DNA of 64,000 nt, from the NCBI GenBank assembly GCA_963674965.2, contig CAXXFL010000002.1, positions 576,001-640,000 on the forward strand. The letters run 5' to 3'. The notes below the pieces were generated by a model, which did no database searches, had not been told where the DNA came from, and saw only the letters and a list, made by a program, of their open reading frames with translations. Both the position numbers and the translations under genes were made by a program. Positions 43,283 through 51,509 of the stretch are shown piece after piece. Position 1 is the first letter of the stretch. Each line of letters begins with the position of its first letter. The stretch is from a bacterium. GTDB lineage: Bacteria > RBG-13-61-14 > DATKZS01.

Positions 43283-44368
43283 ATGACAACTTATCTCGGA
43301 TTGGACGTGCATTCAAGGAGGACGGTGTTCGTGGCCCAGGAGGAGGACGGAAAAATAATCGCCCGGGGGGACGTGGCTACCGACCGCGCCGGCTTCGAGG
43401 AACTTCTCGGCCGGCTCGGAGGCGAGCTCGGGATCAAGACCGGCCTGGAGAGCGGGGCCCAGTCCTTTTGGGTCAGCGAGCAACTCTCCGAGCTGGGGTT
43501 TCACCCTTACGTGATCAACGCCGCCGAAGTGCGGGCCAAGTCGCTCCGCCCCAACCAGAAGAGCGACGGCCGCGACGCCCTCGAGATTTGCGACGGTCTG
43601 CGCCGCGATCTTTACGTCAGCCGCGTCTACGTGCCCGGCCGGTCCGTTCGCCGCCTGCGGTCCCTGCTCGGCCGCCGCCGTTTTTTCATCCGCCAAATGA
43701 CGTCCCAGGTCAACTCGGCCAAGGCCCTTTTGCGGGGCGAGGGAGTTCGAGTGTCTTTCCGCCTGAACACCGCCTCAGGCTGGAAGCGGGCGCTGGAGTC
43801 CTGCCCGGACTCCTTCCAGCGCGACCTTTTGCGGATGCACTTTCGGACCTGGCGTCAGGTCTCGGAGGAAGTCGCTCGCTTGAACAAGAAAATCGAAAAG
43901 GAGGCGGGCGCCCATTTCGCCGATGCTTATCCCCTGCTCCAGACCGTCCCCGGCGTGGGTCCGGTGACGGCGGCGACCTTTCTTTCCGTTATCGCCGACG
44001 CCGGGCGGTTCGAGCGGAGCGGCCAGGCGGTAAGCTACCTTGGACTCTGTCCGTCCAGTTGGGACAGCGGCGACCGGGTGGTCCACGGCCGTATCACCAA
44101 GCGCGGGTCCTCGGAGGCCCGCTCGATGCTGGTGGAGGCGGCCCATCACGCGGGCCGTCCCACTCACCCCCTCAACCCGTATTTCGCCCGGGTGGCGGCG
44201 AGGCAGGGTTACAAGAAGGCGGTGGTCTGCGTGGCCCAGCGGCTTTGCCGCGTCATGTGGAGAATGATGTTGGACGGCGAGGAATTCGACGCGGGCAAGC
44301 TCAACGTGACGCCCACGAGCAAGGTCAAGACGAGGAAGTATTACTGGAAGATCAAGGAGGCCGTTTGA
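43283..44368 (+). CDS. IS110 family transposase/recombinase
   Basis: DEDD RuvC-like residues (GLDVH, GLES, KSDGRDA); TVPGVG, YLGLCP...SG and ITKRG in the Tnp domain. Confidence 0.97.
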   Translation: MTTYLGLDVHSRRTVFVAQEEDGKIIARGDVATDRAGFEELLGRLGGELGIKTGLESGAQSFWVSEQLSELGFHPYVINAAEVRAKSLRPNQKSDGRDALEICDGLRRDLYVSRVYVPGRSVRRLRSLLGRRRFFIRQMTSQVNSAKALLRGEGVRVSFRLNTASGWKRALESCPDSFQRDLLRMHFRTWRQVSEEVARLNKKIEKEAGAHFADAYPLLQTVPGVGPVTAATFLSVIADAGRFERSGQAVSYLGLCPSSWDSGDRVVHGRITKRGSSEARSMLVEAAHHAGRPTHPLNPYFARVAARQGYKKAVVCVAQRLCRVMWRMMLDGEEFDAGKLNVTPTSKVKTRKYYWKIKEAV

Positions 44369-44620
44369 CTCGTTGAGGTCGCGTCCGTGACTTGGCCGGC
44401 TTGAGGGCGGGCCAGGAGGCGCGAGAATCCGTGTCACTCCAAAATAGTTTTCGGCGACTCCTTGGTAACCCGTGGCCGCGAAGGCCTTCTATGTGTATGG
44501 AGCAACGCCGGGACACCGAACGTATTCGTGAGGCTTACGACCTCTTGACCTCGAATAGATGGTTGGAGGGAGGCACGGACCGGGGGGCGCTTTTTCATCT
44601 TTCCGTCATGGGATTGACCC
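44369..44620 (+). ncRNA. Putative bridge/seekRNA of the IS1111-type element (ends approximate)
   Basis: Nested stems enclose an internal loop with GTAACCC and CTATGTG, which match both strands of the insertion target. ATAGATG matches the donor junction. Confidence 0.75.
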
Positions 44621-44841
44621 GAAACAATCCCGCCCTCCGTCCCTCGCCCGCTCGGTCCTCCGGTCATGATTCTTTCGGGTAAAGGAGGGTAGACGGAAAG
44701 AAGAAAAAGCTTTGGCAACTGGAGGATGAGACCGTCCAGGGTTGACAATTTGCTTTCATAGATGGGTTACGCCGGAGGTCCCACGCCTGGGGGCAATGAA
44801 GGTTACCTGTTGGGCATGTTGTTCCCATTTGAATTAATCCA

Positions 44842-45444
44842 TCAATTTCCGTTCCGTATATTGTTCTTGGCTTTCTCGATAAGGTTATATACTCTCCTCA
44901 CGTCATCGATATATTCGAAACTCGGGATAAATGGGCCGATGTTCCATGTAGACCAAGCCGCTATCTTCCCATTGTCAAAGTGGGCTGGGAAAAATGACTT
45001 TGCACCGAAAAATATGCTCCCGCTTCCGTCTTTTTTCTCCGAGACGCCGACCATGCGGGGAGTAGCCAGACACAACGTCAATTTATTTAATTTCATTATT
45101 TTTGAAAGAAAGATAATCCTATTTGTGGTCACGGCATAGATCGTATTCTTTCTTCTATAAGATTCAATTAATAGTCTTCCGAATGAGAAGTAGAATCCAA
45201 GTAACATAAATGGAATAGAATCAATTAAGATAAAAACGGACGGCCAGAATTTTCCGGGGTTTACCAAAATGCCTATTTCTAAAATGATTAAGAAAGAAAA
45301 TATATAAGTGCCGAAAAAAAACATGATTACTTCATCTGCATATGGCCTCATCTTCAATCCGGCATCAGGATAGCCGTACCAGAGTATCTTTTCCTCTGGG
45401 AGCAGGATATTTTCGACGTCTTTTTTGCTTAATGGCCTCATCAA
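44842..45444 (-). CDS. Membrane protein with bacterial PH-like domain
   Basis: L.PEEKILW.G.P, two TM helices, YAVTTNRII, DGSGSIFF; AT-rich. Confidence 0.8.
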   Translation of the reverse strand: MMRPLSKKDVENILLPEEKILWYGYPDAGLKMRPYADEVIMFFFGTYIFSFLIILEIGILVNPGKFWPSVFILIDSIPFMLLGFYFSFGRLLIESYRRKNTIYAVTTNRIIFLSKIMKLNKLTLCLATPRMVGVSEKKDGSGSIFFGAKSFFPAHFDNGKIAAWSTWNIGPFIPSFEYIDDVRRVYNLIEKAKNNIRNGN

Positions 45445-45479
45445 TCATTTTCCCGATGGTTCAATTGGAAATATACATG

Positions 45480-45669
45480 AACGGGTAACCCACATAGCTC
45501 GCCTATGTGGGCGACCGAAGGGAGCAGGTCGGCGCGTATAACTTCAATACCCGACCCGCGACTTTATATTTTCCAAGCATAACCGCGGGAAAGCGGCAAC
45601 CCCATTCTTGGTACCATGCGACCTGCTCGCTATGCTCGCCCACATAGCAAAAGCGATGGGTTACCTGTT
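45480..45669 (+). repeat. Family B repeat copy B2 (190 bp)
   Basis: Near-identical core to B1/B3; ends AACGGGTAACC / GGTTACCTGTT. Confidence 0.92.
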
Positions 45670-45690
45670 CCAGATGATCCACCGATCCCT

Positions 45691-48162
45691 CTAATCCCGG
45701 ATAATTTTCCTGTAAAGGCCGGGGCGATGATATTTACCTAGGTATTCATCGAGAGGGTATATTGTGTTGCCCACCGTCCAGGTAAGGTCGTCCTTAACGT
45801 TTTCTGAAAAATCAATTGAACCATCGGGACCGAGAATTGCCCATCCATCTTCAAAAAGGTAAAGTTTGCATAAGAGATCGCCCGTCGAAGGGTTGTAAAA
45901 AACGATCCACTGATCAATGGCTTCATACATGAGAGCTTTACCATTAAGGACGTATCTAAAACTCTCATCCACCTCACCCATCCTTGGTCTTAGCCCTTTA
46001 AAACTGTTGGCAAGGGAACCATTAGTAGAATTGTAAATCAATATTTCCCCATTTCCGGTTATTGCCGCAATTTGCTCGCTGTCTGGGCTAAAATCAACTG
46101 AAAAAACTGTAACCTCTTCAATGCTTACAATCAATCTGCCGAGATTGCCCTGCTCTTCATCTTCAAAGTCCTTCAATCGTGTTGGATTCTCCACTGAAAT
46201 ATCATAAATGTCTATTGAATCGTCACAAATTGCTATTTTTGAGGAGTCCGGACTGAACGCAAAACTTAAGCCATGGCTTGGACAATATCTACAAATGAGT
46301 TCCTCTCCAGAAAAAGTATCAATGACACAAAAGACTCCTGCCCCACTGCTTCCCTGTCCCCAAACGCGTTCACCTTTTTTACCATCTGGGCTAAAAGTTG
46401 AAAGATCTGGTAAAGTAGAAATTTCCTGCATATCTTTTGAGTCAATTAACTTTCCGTCAGATAAATCCCAAATTGACAATTTCTCAAACCAGGAAGTCGT
46501 CACTAAAACGTTTTTGCCATTTGAAAGTTTAGGAGGTCCTAGGATAAAATCAGATTTCGTTTGAATTGTAAGGAGTGATGCGCTGGATGACATGTCCCAT
46601 AAATCAATCACACCATCTTGACGCCCTGTAATAACAATATTATCTTCTAGGATAAAGCCTAATAACTGTGAATCTTTTGCATTGCCTTTGAGCGTTGCTG
46701 TAATGGTTCCGGTTTCGAGGTCGATAATATCAATTTGTCCATCCTCTAGAATAATGGCAATCCTCGAATCATCCGGACTAACAAGGTAATCACGATATGC
46801 CGATTCTGTTAAGACAACGATATTGCCCTGCTTGATGTTGTAGGCCATTAGCTTGTCCTTAACAAACACACCAGTACAGAAGGCTCCCTTAAATATCTCT
46901 TCCTCAGTTTCTTTAAAAATTGTTTTTTCGTTTTCCAGAAGAAGAAAGTCATCATTAGGAGTCACTCGTTTTGAATTCACTTGAATATCATGATCATCAA
47001 AGGACCAAATTGGTTTACGAGTAGAGATTTTCCAGAGTTTATCAAAACCAATTAAATATAAATTGCTTTGGGCAAGTCCTAAGCCTGGTACGGAATCACA
47101 GTATACTTTTCTCGGAACAATTTCTAGAGTATCGAATTCTGAAGATGTAAGATACCCAAGCCTCAGAACAATTGACTCGCCTTTTTCTACATATTGGGCT
47201 ATCGTTTGACAGTTTGGACCTAAGGAGGAAAAAATGACGTTAGAATGATCAAAAATTGTCCTAATCTTTTTCCCCGAGGGGACTTCATAATAGCTCAATG
47301 ATGATGTAGTATCATTAACTTTACAGCTTACGACCAGCATGTCTTCTTCCCGTGTTAATCCTACATCAAGAGGAATGCCTTCAGGCTTGATAGAAGCAAG
47401 CATATCTCCGGCTACAGCCTCCCAAAGTTTCACATATTCGCCAGCAGTGATTAGAAGTTTGCCATTTGCGCTAATAATTATCTTGTCAATGGAACTATAG
47501 TATCTTTCTTCAAAAATATTGCTGCTGATTCTATCCCCCACCCATCTTACATCCCCTGAGTTATTATCGATAATCTCGATTTGGCCATCAAAATTACCCA
47601 ATGCTATGAACTCACCATCCGGGCTGAAGGCAATATCAGTCGGCAGGTAGACGCCCCATTTTATGTAATTATAATCAATATGCTCATACTCGCTCTTTGG
47701 GAGGTGAGCGTTTTTAATGGTTTTCCTGCATTCACCTGTGGACACATCCCACAAATTAATTTCATCAATTATACCGCCTTCAACATAGTAGCTAGTCGCT
47801 GAAGCAATTAGCTTTGAATCAGGGCTGAAAGCGATGACACTCGGTTTGCCTGCGTCTATTTGTCGAATAATTTGTCCTGTTGACGGTTCCCATAAATCAA
47901 TTAGGCCATCATCGTTCGCTGTGGCTAGTAGGCTACCATCACTGCTGAATGCCATATCCGAGGCTGAAAAGTTCTTCTTTTGAACGGTAAGCCTCTGCTT
48001 TACTCCCGGTCGTTCATACGGGTTGAGTCGCCCTGAAGATAAAGCTCCAGCATCGTCAAGGTTTTCGCTTTTCTGGCTTGCATCTTTTTCTTTCTTGGTT
48101 GAGCAGGATATGACTAATAATGAGCATAGTAACGCAGATAATATTTTTGCCGATCTTACCAT
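45691..48162 (-). CDS. WD40-repeat (beta-propeller) lipoprotein
   Basis: Lipobox VISC, many AFSPDG...LWD repeats and a C-terminal W...PDG..D motif; AT-rich. Confidence 0.9.
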   Translation of the reverse strand: MVRSAKILSALLCSLLVISCSTKKEKDASQKSENLDDAGALSSGRLNPYERPGVKQRLTVQKKNFSASDMAFSSDGSLLATANDDGLIDLWEPSTGQIIRQIDAGKPSVIAFSPDSKLIASATSYYVEGGIIDEINLWDVSTGECRKTIKNAHLPKSEYEHIDYNYIKWGVYLPTDIAFSPDGEFIALGNFDGQIEIIDNNSGDVRWVGDRISSNIFEERYYSSIDKIIISANGKLLITAGEYVKLWEAVAGDMLASIKPEGIPLDVGLTREEDMLVVSCKVNDTTSSLSYYEVPSGKKIRTIFDHSNVIFSSLGPNCQTIAQYVEKGESIVLRLGYLTSSEFDTLEIVPRKVYCDSVPGLGLAQSNLYLIGFDKLWKISTRKPIWSFDDHDIQVNSKRVTPNDDFLLLENEKTIFKETEEEIFKGAFCTGVFVKDKLMAYNIKQGNIVVLTESAYRDYLVSPDDSRIAIILEDGQIDIIDLETGTITATLKGNAKDSQLLGFILEDNIVITGRQDGVIDLWDMSSSASLLTIQTKSDFILGPPKLSNGKNVLVTTSWFEKLSIWDLSDGKLIDSKDMQEISTLPDLSTFSPDGKKGERVWGQGSSGAGVFCVIDTFSGEELICRYCPSHGLSFAFSPDSSKIAICDDSIDIYDISVENPTRLKDFEDEEQGNLGRLIVSIEEVTVFSVDFSPDSEQIAAITGNGEILIYNSTNGSLANSFKGLRPRMGEVDESFRYVLNGKALMYEAIDQWIVFYNPSTGDLLCKLYLFEDGWAILGPDGSIDFSENVKDDLTWTVGNTIYPLDEYLGKYHRPGLYRKIIRD

Positions 48163-48291
48163 GTTTGATACCTCTCAATGTCCACGTTCAGGGAGAGCGA
48201 ACCTTGATTTATCGATGGAGACCATCAGAAAGATTTCTCCCTGATGTTAAATACCATCATATCAAACTGCTTACCTAACGAAAAGTGTCCA

Positions 48292-48340
48292 CTCCTTTTG
48301 CTCCTCAATTCTCCTTTTGCTCCTCAATTCTCCTTTTGCT
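48292..48340. repeat. 19-bp tandem repeat (about 2.6 units)
   Basis: CTCCTTTTGCTCCTCAATT twice plus a partial third unit. Confidence 0.9.
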
Positions 48341-48397
48341 ATATTTTTAGACACTGCTGTCCAAAATAGGACGGACCTTGCCTTTGCCCCATTATAA

Positions 48398-48622
48398 AAC
48401 GGGTAACCCATAGCTCGCCTATGTGGGCGACCGAAGGGAGCAGGTCGGCGCGTATAACTTCAATACCCGACCCGCGACTTTATATTTTCCAAGCATAACC
48501 GCGGGAAAGCGGCAACCCCATTCTTGGTACCACCCGACCTGCTCGCTATGCTCGCCCACATAGGCGAGCTATGTGGGTTACGCCGGAAGTCCCACGCCTG
48601 GGGGCAATGTAGGTTACCTGTT
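48398..48622 (+). repeat. Family B repeat copy B3 (225 bp, empty IS target)
   Basis: Uninterrupted equivalent of B1; contains CTATGTGGGTTAC at 48569-48581. Confidence 0.93.
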
Positions 48623-48628
48623 GTTATG

Positions 48629-49081
48629 TTACCAATGAAATTCAATAGATCTTAATTCGCTACATGTATCTGAAGTCCTCCAGCTACCGTCATCATACTC
48701 GTATGCTTTGCATACCCACCAATAACGTACTCCAGGACCAAATGTCCCGGAAAATCCATTGGATTGCGTATATGTTGGCACGGAAGTCCTTACAAAAGAA
48801 CCTCCTCCCGTTGGTGGAACCGGATCAATGGCAATCAGCAGTTCGTAGCAATTTGAACAATGGTTATAGCCTGTGTCCGCGCCTTCAAAATCTCCTCCCC
48901 AAGTAAAAGTGATAGGGTCCCCTATTTTGTGAGAACTACCCTCTTCAGGGGTCAGCAAAGTTATGGGGGCGTTAGGGCCGCATGGGGATTCATCACCTCC
49001 ACCTCCGCCTTCTCCACATCCATTCAGGATAAAAAATGTTACAATAAAAAACAAGACTGTATTTCTTGTCACCTTCATCAT
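48629..49081 (-). CDS. Small Cys-containing lipoprotein (Ig/Fn3-like module)
   Basis: GGAGG RBS, lipobox LNGC, Gly linker and L.TP..G...ITFTW...YWWV pattern; AT-rich. Confidence 0.75.
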   Translation of the reverse strand: MMKVTRNTVLFFIVTFFILNGCGEGGGGGDESPCGPNAPITLLTPEEGSSHKIGDPITFTWGGDFEGADTGYNHCSNCYELLIAIDPVPPTGGGSFVRTSVPTYTQSNGFSGTFGPGVRYWWVCKAYEYDDGSWRTSDTCSELRSIEFHW

Positions 49082-49343
49082 TATTTTCCGCCTCCTCAAG
49101 ATAATATTAAGACCGTTCTGGATAGTCTTTTGGCCTGAAAAAACTGCATTAGAACTGGCTGTCAATAACCTCGCGGGTTTTCTATTTTGAAGATTTGAAG
49201 TTTTCGTCCCTTTTGCGATAGTCTCCATTAAGTACAATAGATGGTCACTTTAACCCATTATGGAAAGAAGCCTCGATAATGCTTTGACATATTTTATATA
49301 TACCAACTTGCTGATCTATGTCAAGAAAAAAGAAATATTACCC

Positions 49344-50384
49344 CTACTCCTTCACGCTCCTTTCATCAATTCCCAAATAGGGATTAAAGGCGTAGTCGGT
49401 GGAGAAGCCCTCGGGGAAGCTCCATTGGCTCGATATGGCCCGGGCGGGGTCGAGGCCGAAGTGACGCCAGGGGGCGCCGGCTCCGCCTTTTTCGCCTCCC
49501 TTGCTTGGCGCGTCTCCGTCCAGGGCGAAGGGGAGGAGGCCGTTTGCGGTAAGCTCGGGCGGGACGCCGTGAGCGCCCGGCGGCGGGACGTAGGCCCGGT
49601 ACTGGCTAAAGGTTTCCCGCTGGTGGCGGCGCGGCCAGAAGCCGTTGTCGCCCGAAACAAGAATAAGGTCGTAGCCCACGTCGCGGTCGCTCGGTCCCTT
49701 TGGCTCCTCGGCCTTGGCCTTGTATCGGTATTCCACTCCCGTGCCGCCGCGGAAGTCCTTTCTTTTCAGGACGCCCCCGGCCCTGGACCCCAGCGCGTAC
49801 GGGCCGTGGCCGCCTTGCTGAATATAGATTTGAGGATGAGTGCCGTCCCGGAAACGGGGCCGTCCCGCGGACAAAGGCTTTTTCGGCTTCACGGACGGGT
49901 CGGTAATATAGTGCCTTGTATAGCCGTGGGGCTTGGTCATAAGGAGTCTGAACTCCTCCCCCTTCCCGGTCTTTTGGAGGACAAGCATAATGCCTTCCGT
50001 GTCGTTTTCATGATAGGCGCCGGGCACGGCCTTCATCCATTTTCGGTCGTAGTCGTAGGGGTGGAAAAACTCGTAGAGCACCAGGTAATGGGTCCTCGTC
50101 TCCATGACCTCGTAGTAGACGTAGGCGCGGTATGGAGCGAACTTTCCCGCGGCCAGGCTCTCCTGGTTGTTGGCGCCGATCCAGTCGCCGTCGCCGTTAA
50201 AGGCCGCCAGGTAATCGGCCTCCGGGTAATACCAGGTATCCTGCCAAACGTCCGGGCTCCAGCGGGCGGCAATCTCGAGATAGGGCTCGCCTCCCCGAGC
50301 GGGAAGCGCGATCAAAAGCGGCGCGAGCGCGGCAAGGGCCGCGAGAAAAATAAGGCCGTAGCCGTTTTTCGCAAGCCGAGGCAT
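49344..50384 (-). CDS. Secreted hypothetical protein (NPP1/Vps62-like HxxDxE motif)
   Basis: Signal peptide; YVYY...LYEFFHPYD, HENDTEG, GGHG. Confidence 0.7.
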   Translation of the reverse strand: MPRLAKNGYGLIFLAALAALAPLLIALPARGGEPYLEIAARWSPDVWQDTWYYPEADYLAAFNGDGDWIGANNQESLAAGKFAPYRAYVYYEVMETRTHYLVLYEFFHPYDYDRKWMKAVPGAYHENDTEGIMLVLQKTGKGEEFRLLMTKPHGYTRHYITDPSVKPKKPLSAGRPRFRDGTHPQIYIQQGGHGPYALGSRAGGVLKRKDFRGGTGVEYRYKAKAEEPKGPSDRDVGYDLILVSGDNGFWPRRHQRETFSQYRAYVPPPGAHGVPPELTANGLLPFALDGDAPSKGGEKGGAGAPWRHFGLDPARAISSQWSFPEGFSTDYAFNPYLGIDERSVKE

Positions 50385-50399
50385 TATTAGCGTCCGGCC

Positions 50400-51509
50400 T
50401 TACTCGGTGAAGATGATTTCATTGAAGGCCGTGCCCTTGACCTTGATGGTTTCTCCATTGGCCGTCAACTCGACCTCGACAGGCTCGACCACGCGGAAGT
50501 ACCAGGGCTCGGCGATGAAGGTGTTGATGGCGACCTTGGCCGCCTTGCCCCACCACTTCTGGTCCAGCTTGGCCAGCACGTCGAACTTCTCGGTGGGATT
50601 ACTCGTGTCCACCATGGCCCTGGCCGAGCAGCCGTCGCCGGACAGCGCGTAGGTCACCTTGCCCGGATAGGGCTTGCCGCTGGTCTGGTCGGTCTTGACT
50701 TCCTCCTCCTCGACCTTGACGTCGGTAAAGGTGCAGATCACCTCGTCGTCGTTGGCCACCAGTCCGAAGCTGAAGTCCTTGTCGAACTTGTCCGGCGTGG
50801 TGAAGCTCGAGATAAGCAGGGTGTGAGTGTCCGAGCGGAACTTCATGTTGTGCCACACCTTCTGGAAGTTGGCCGGGTTGGTCACGGTCAGGCTGTGGTC
50901 GATATATCCCCAGCCCGAGACTGGTACTTCCTTGCCCTCGACCGTGAACTTCCCCGTCACCTCGGGCCTGGGGGCCGGGTAGTTGATGTACAGGTAGTCG
51001 CCCTCCGAGCCGAACGCGGCCTTGCCGTTGCCCAGGACCATGCCCGGGACCCGGTTCTTGTACTTGAGCTCCATGCCCAGGCCGTCGGCCTCGAGTTTAA
51101 GCTCGTAGCCGTCCGCCGTCTGTCTGAAGTAATTGTCCTTCAGGGTAAGGTCGAACTTGTCCTTCTTCATGACCAGGTCCTCGGGAGCGAAGTCAACGTC
51201 GCGCACGATCCGCTTTCGCTCCGGCGTGACCACGGTAAAGCTCACGGCCGGCGTGTGCTTCTTGACGCCCGTGTTCGAGATCAGGATGTTGACGTACCCG
51301 TAATGGCCGCCCTCGGTGATGGCGATGAGGAAGTAGTTCTCGTTGTAGAAGAAATCCTCCGTGGGGTGGAGGTTCTGGTCGGCCATGGTCAGGGCGTTCA
51401 CTTTGCCGGGCGAGCCGTCGTCCTCCAGGAAAAGTTTGACCGGCTCGGCGCCGAAAACCGACGCGGCCCAGACAATAGCGAGAGCCAATAGGGCGTAACG
51501 TTTTTTCAC
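50400..51509 (-). CDS. Secreted hypothetical protein, Svf1/AttH (tocopherol-cyclase-like) fold candidate
   Basis: Signal peptide; E.Y, V.G.GYIDH and YP motifs resemble AttH-like double barrels; GTG start with GGAGG RBS. Confidence 0.65.
   Translation of the reverse strand: MKKRYALLALAIVWAASVFGAEPVKLFLEDDGSPGKVNALTMADQNLHPTEDFFYNENYFLIAITEGGHYGYVNILISNTGVKKHTPAVSFTVVTPERKRIVRDVDFAPEDLVMKKDKFDLTLKDNYFRQTADGYELKLEADGLGMELKYKNRVPGMVLGNGKAAFGSEGDYLYINYPAPRPEVTGKFTVEGKEVPVSGWGYIDHSLTVTNPANFQKVWHNMKFRSDTHTLLISSFTTPDKFDKDFSFGLVANDDEVICTFTDVKVEEEEVKTDQTSGKPYPGKVTYALSGDGCSARAMVDTSNPTEKFDVLAKLDQKWWGKAAKVAINTFIAEPWYFRVVEPVEVELTANGETIKVKGTAFNEIIFTE

Larger units (their letters stand above)
43181..44764 (+). 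mobile_element. IS110-family element, IS1111-type (about 1584 bp)
   Basis: Boundaries are defined by comparison with the empty copy B3. TG core at both junctions; subterminal IRs ATGAAAGC (43186) / GCTTTCAT (44752), 12/16 when extended; long 3' non-coding region. Confidence 0.93.
43000..44811 (+). repeat. Family B repeat copy B1, interrupted by an IS110-family element
   Basis: 43000-43180 plus 44765-44811 reconstitute a 228-bp copy colinear with 48398-48622. Confidence 0.92.

Noticed and set aside
48273-48279. GTTAGGT core site upstream of the WD40 gene
   Set aside because: There is no matching inverse core site at the gene end, and a 7-mer match is expected by chance.
42936-48622. Family B repeats as integron attC sites
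   Set aside because: They are 190-228 bp, longer than typical attC. The R'' and R' boxes of each putative cassette are not complementary, and there is no IntI in the window; the tyrosine recombinase present looks like a plain XerD.
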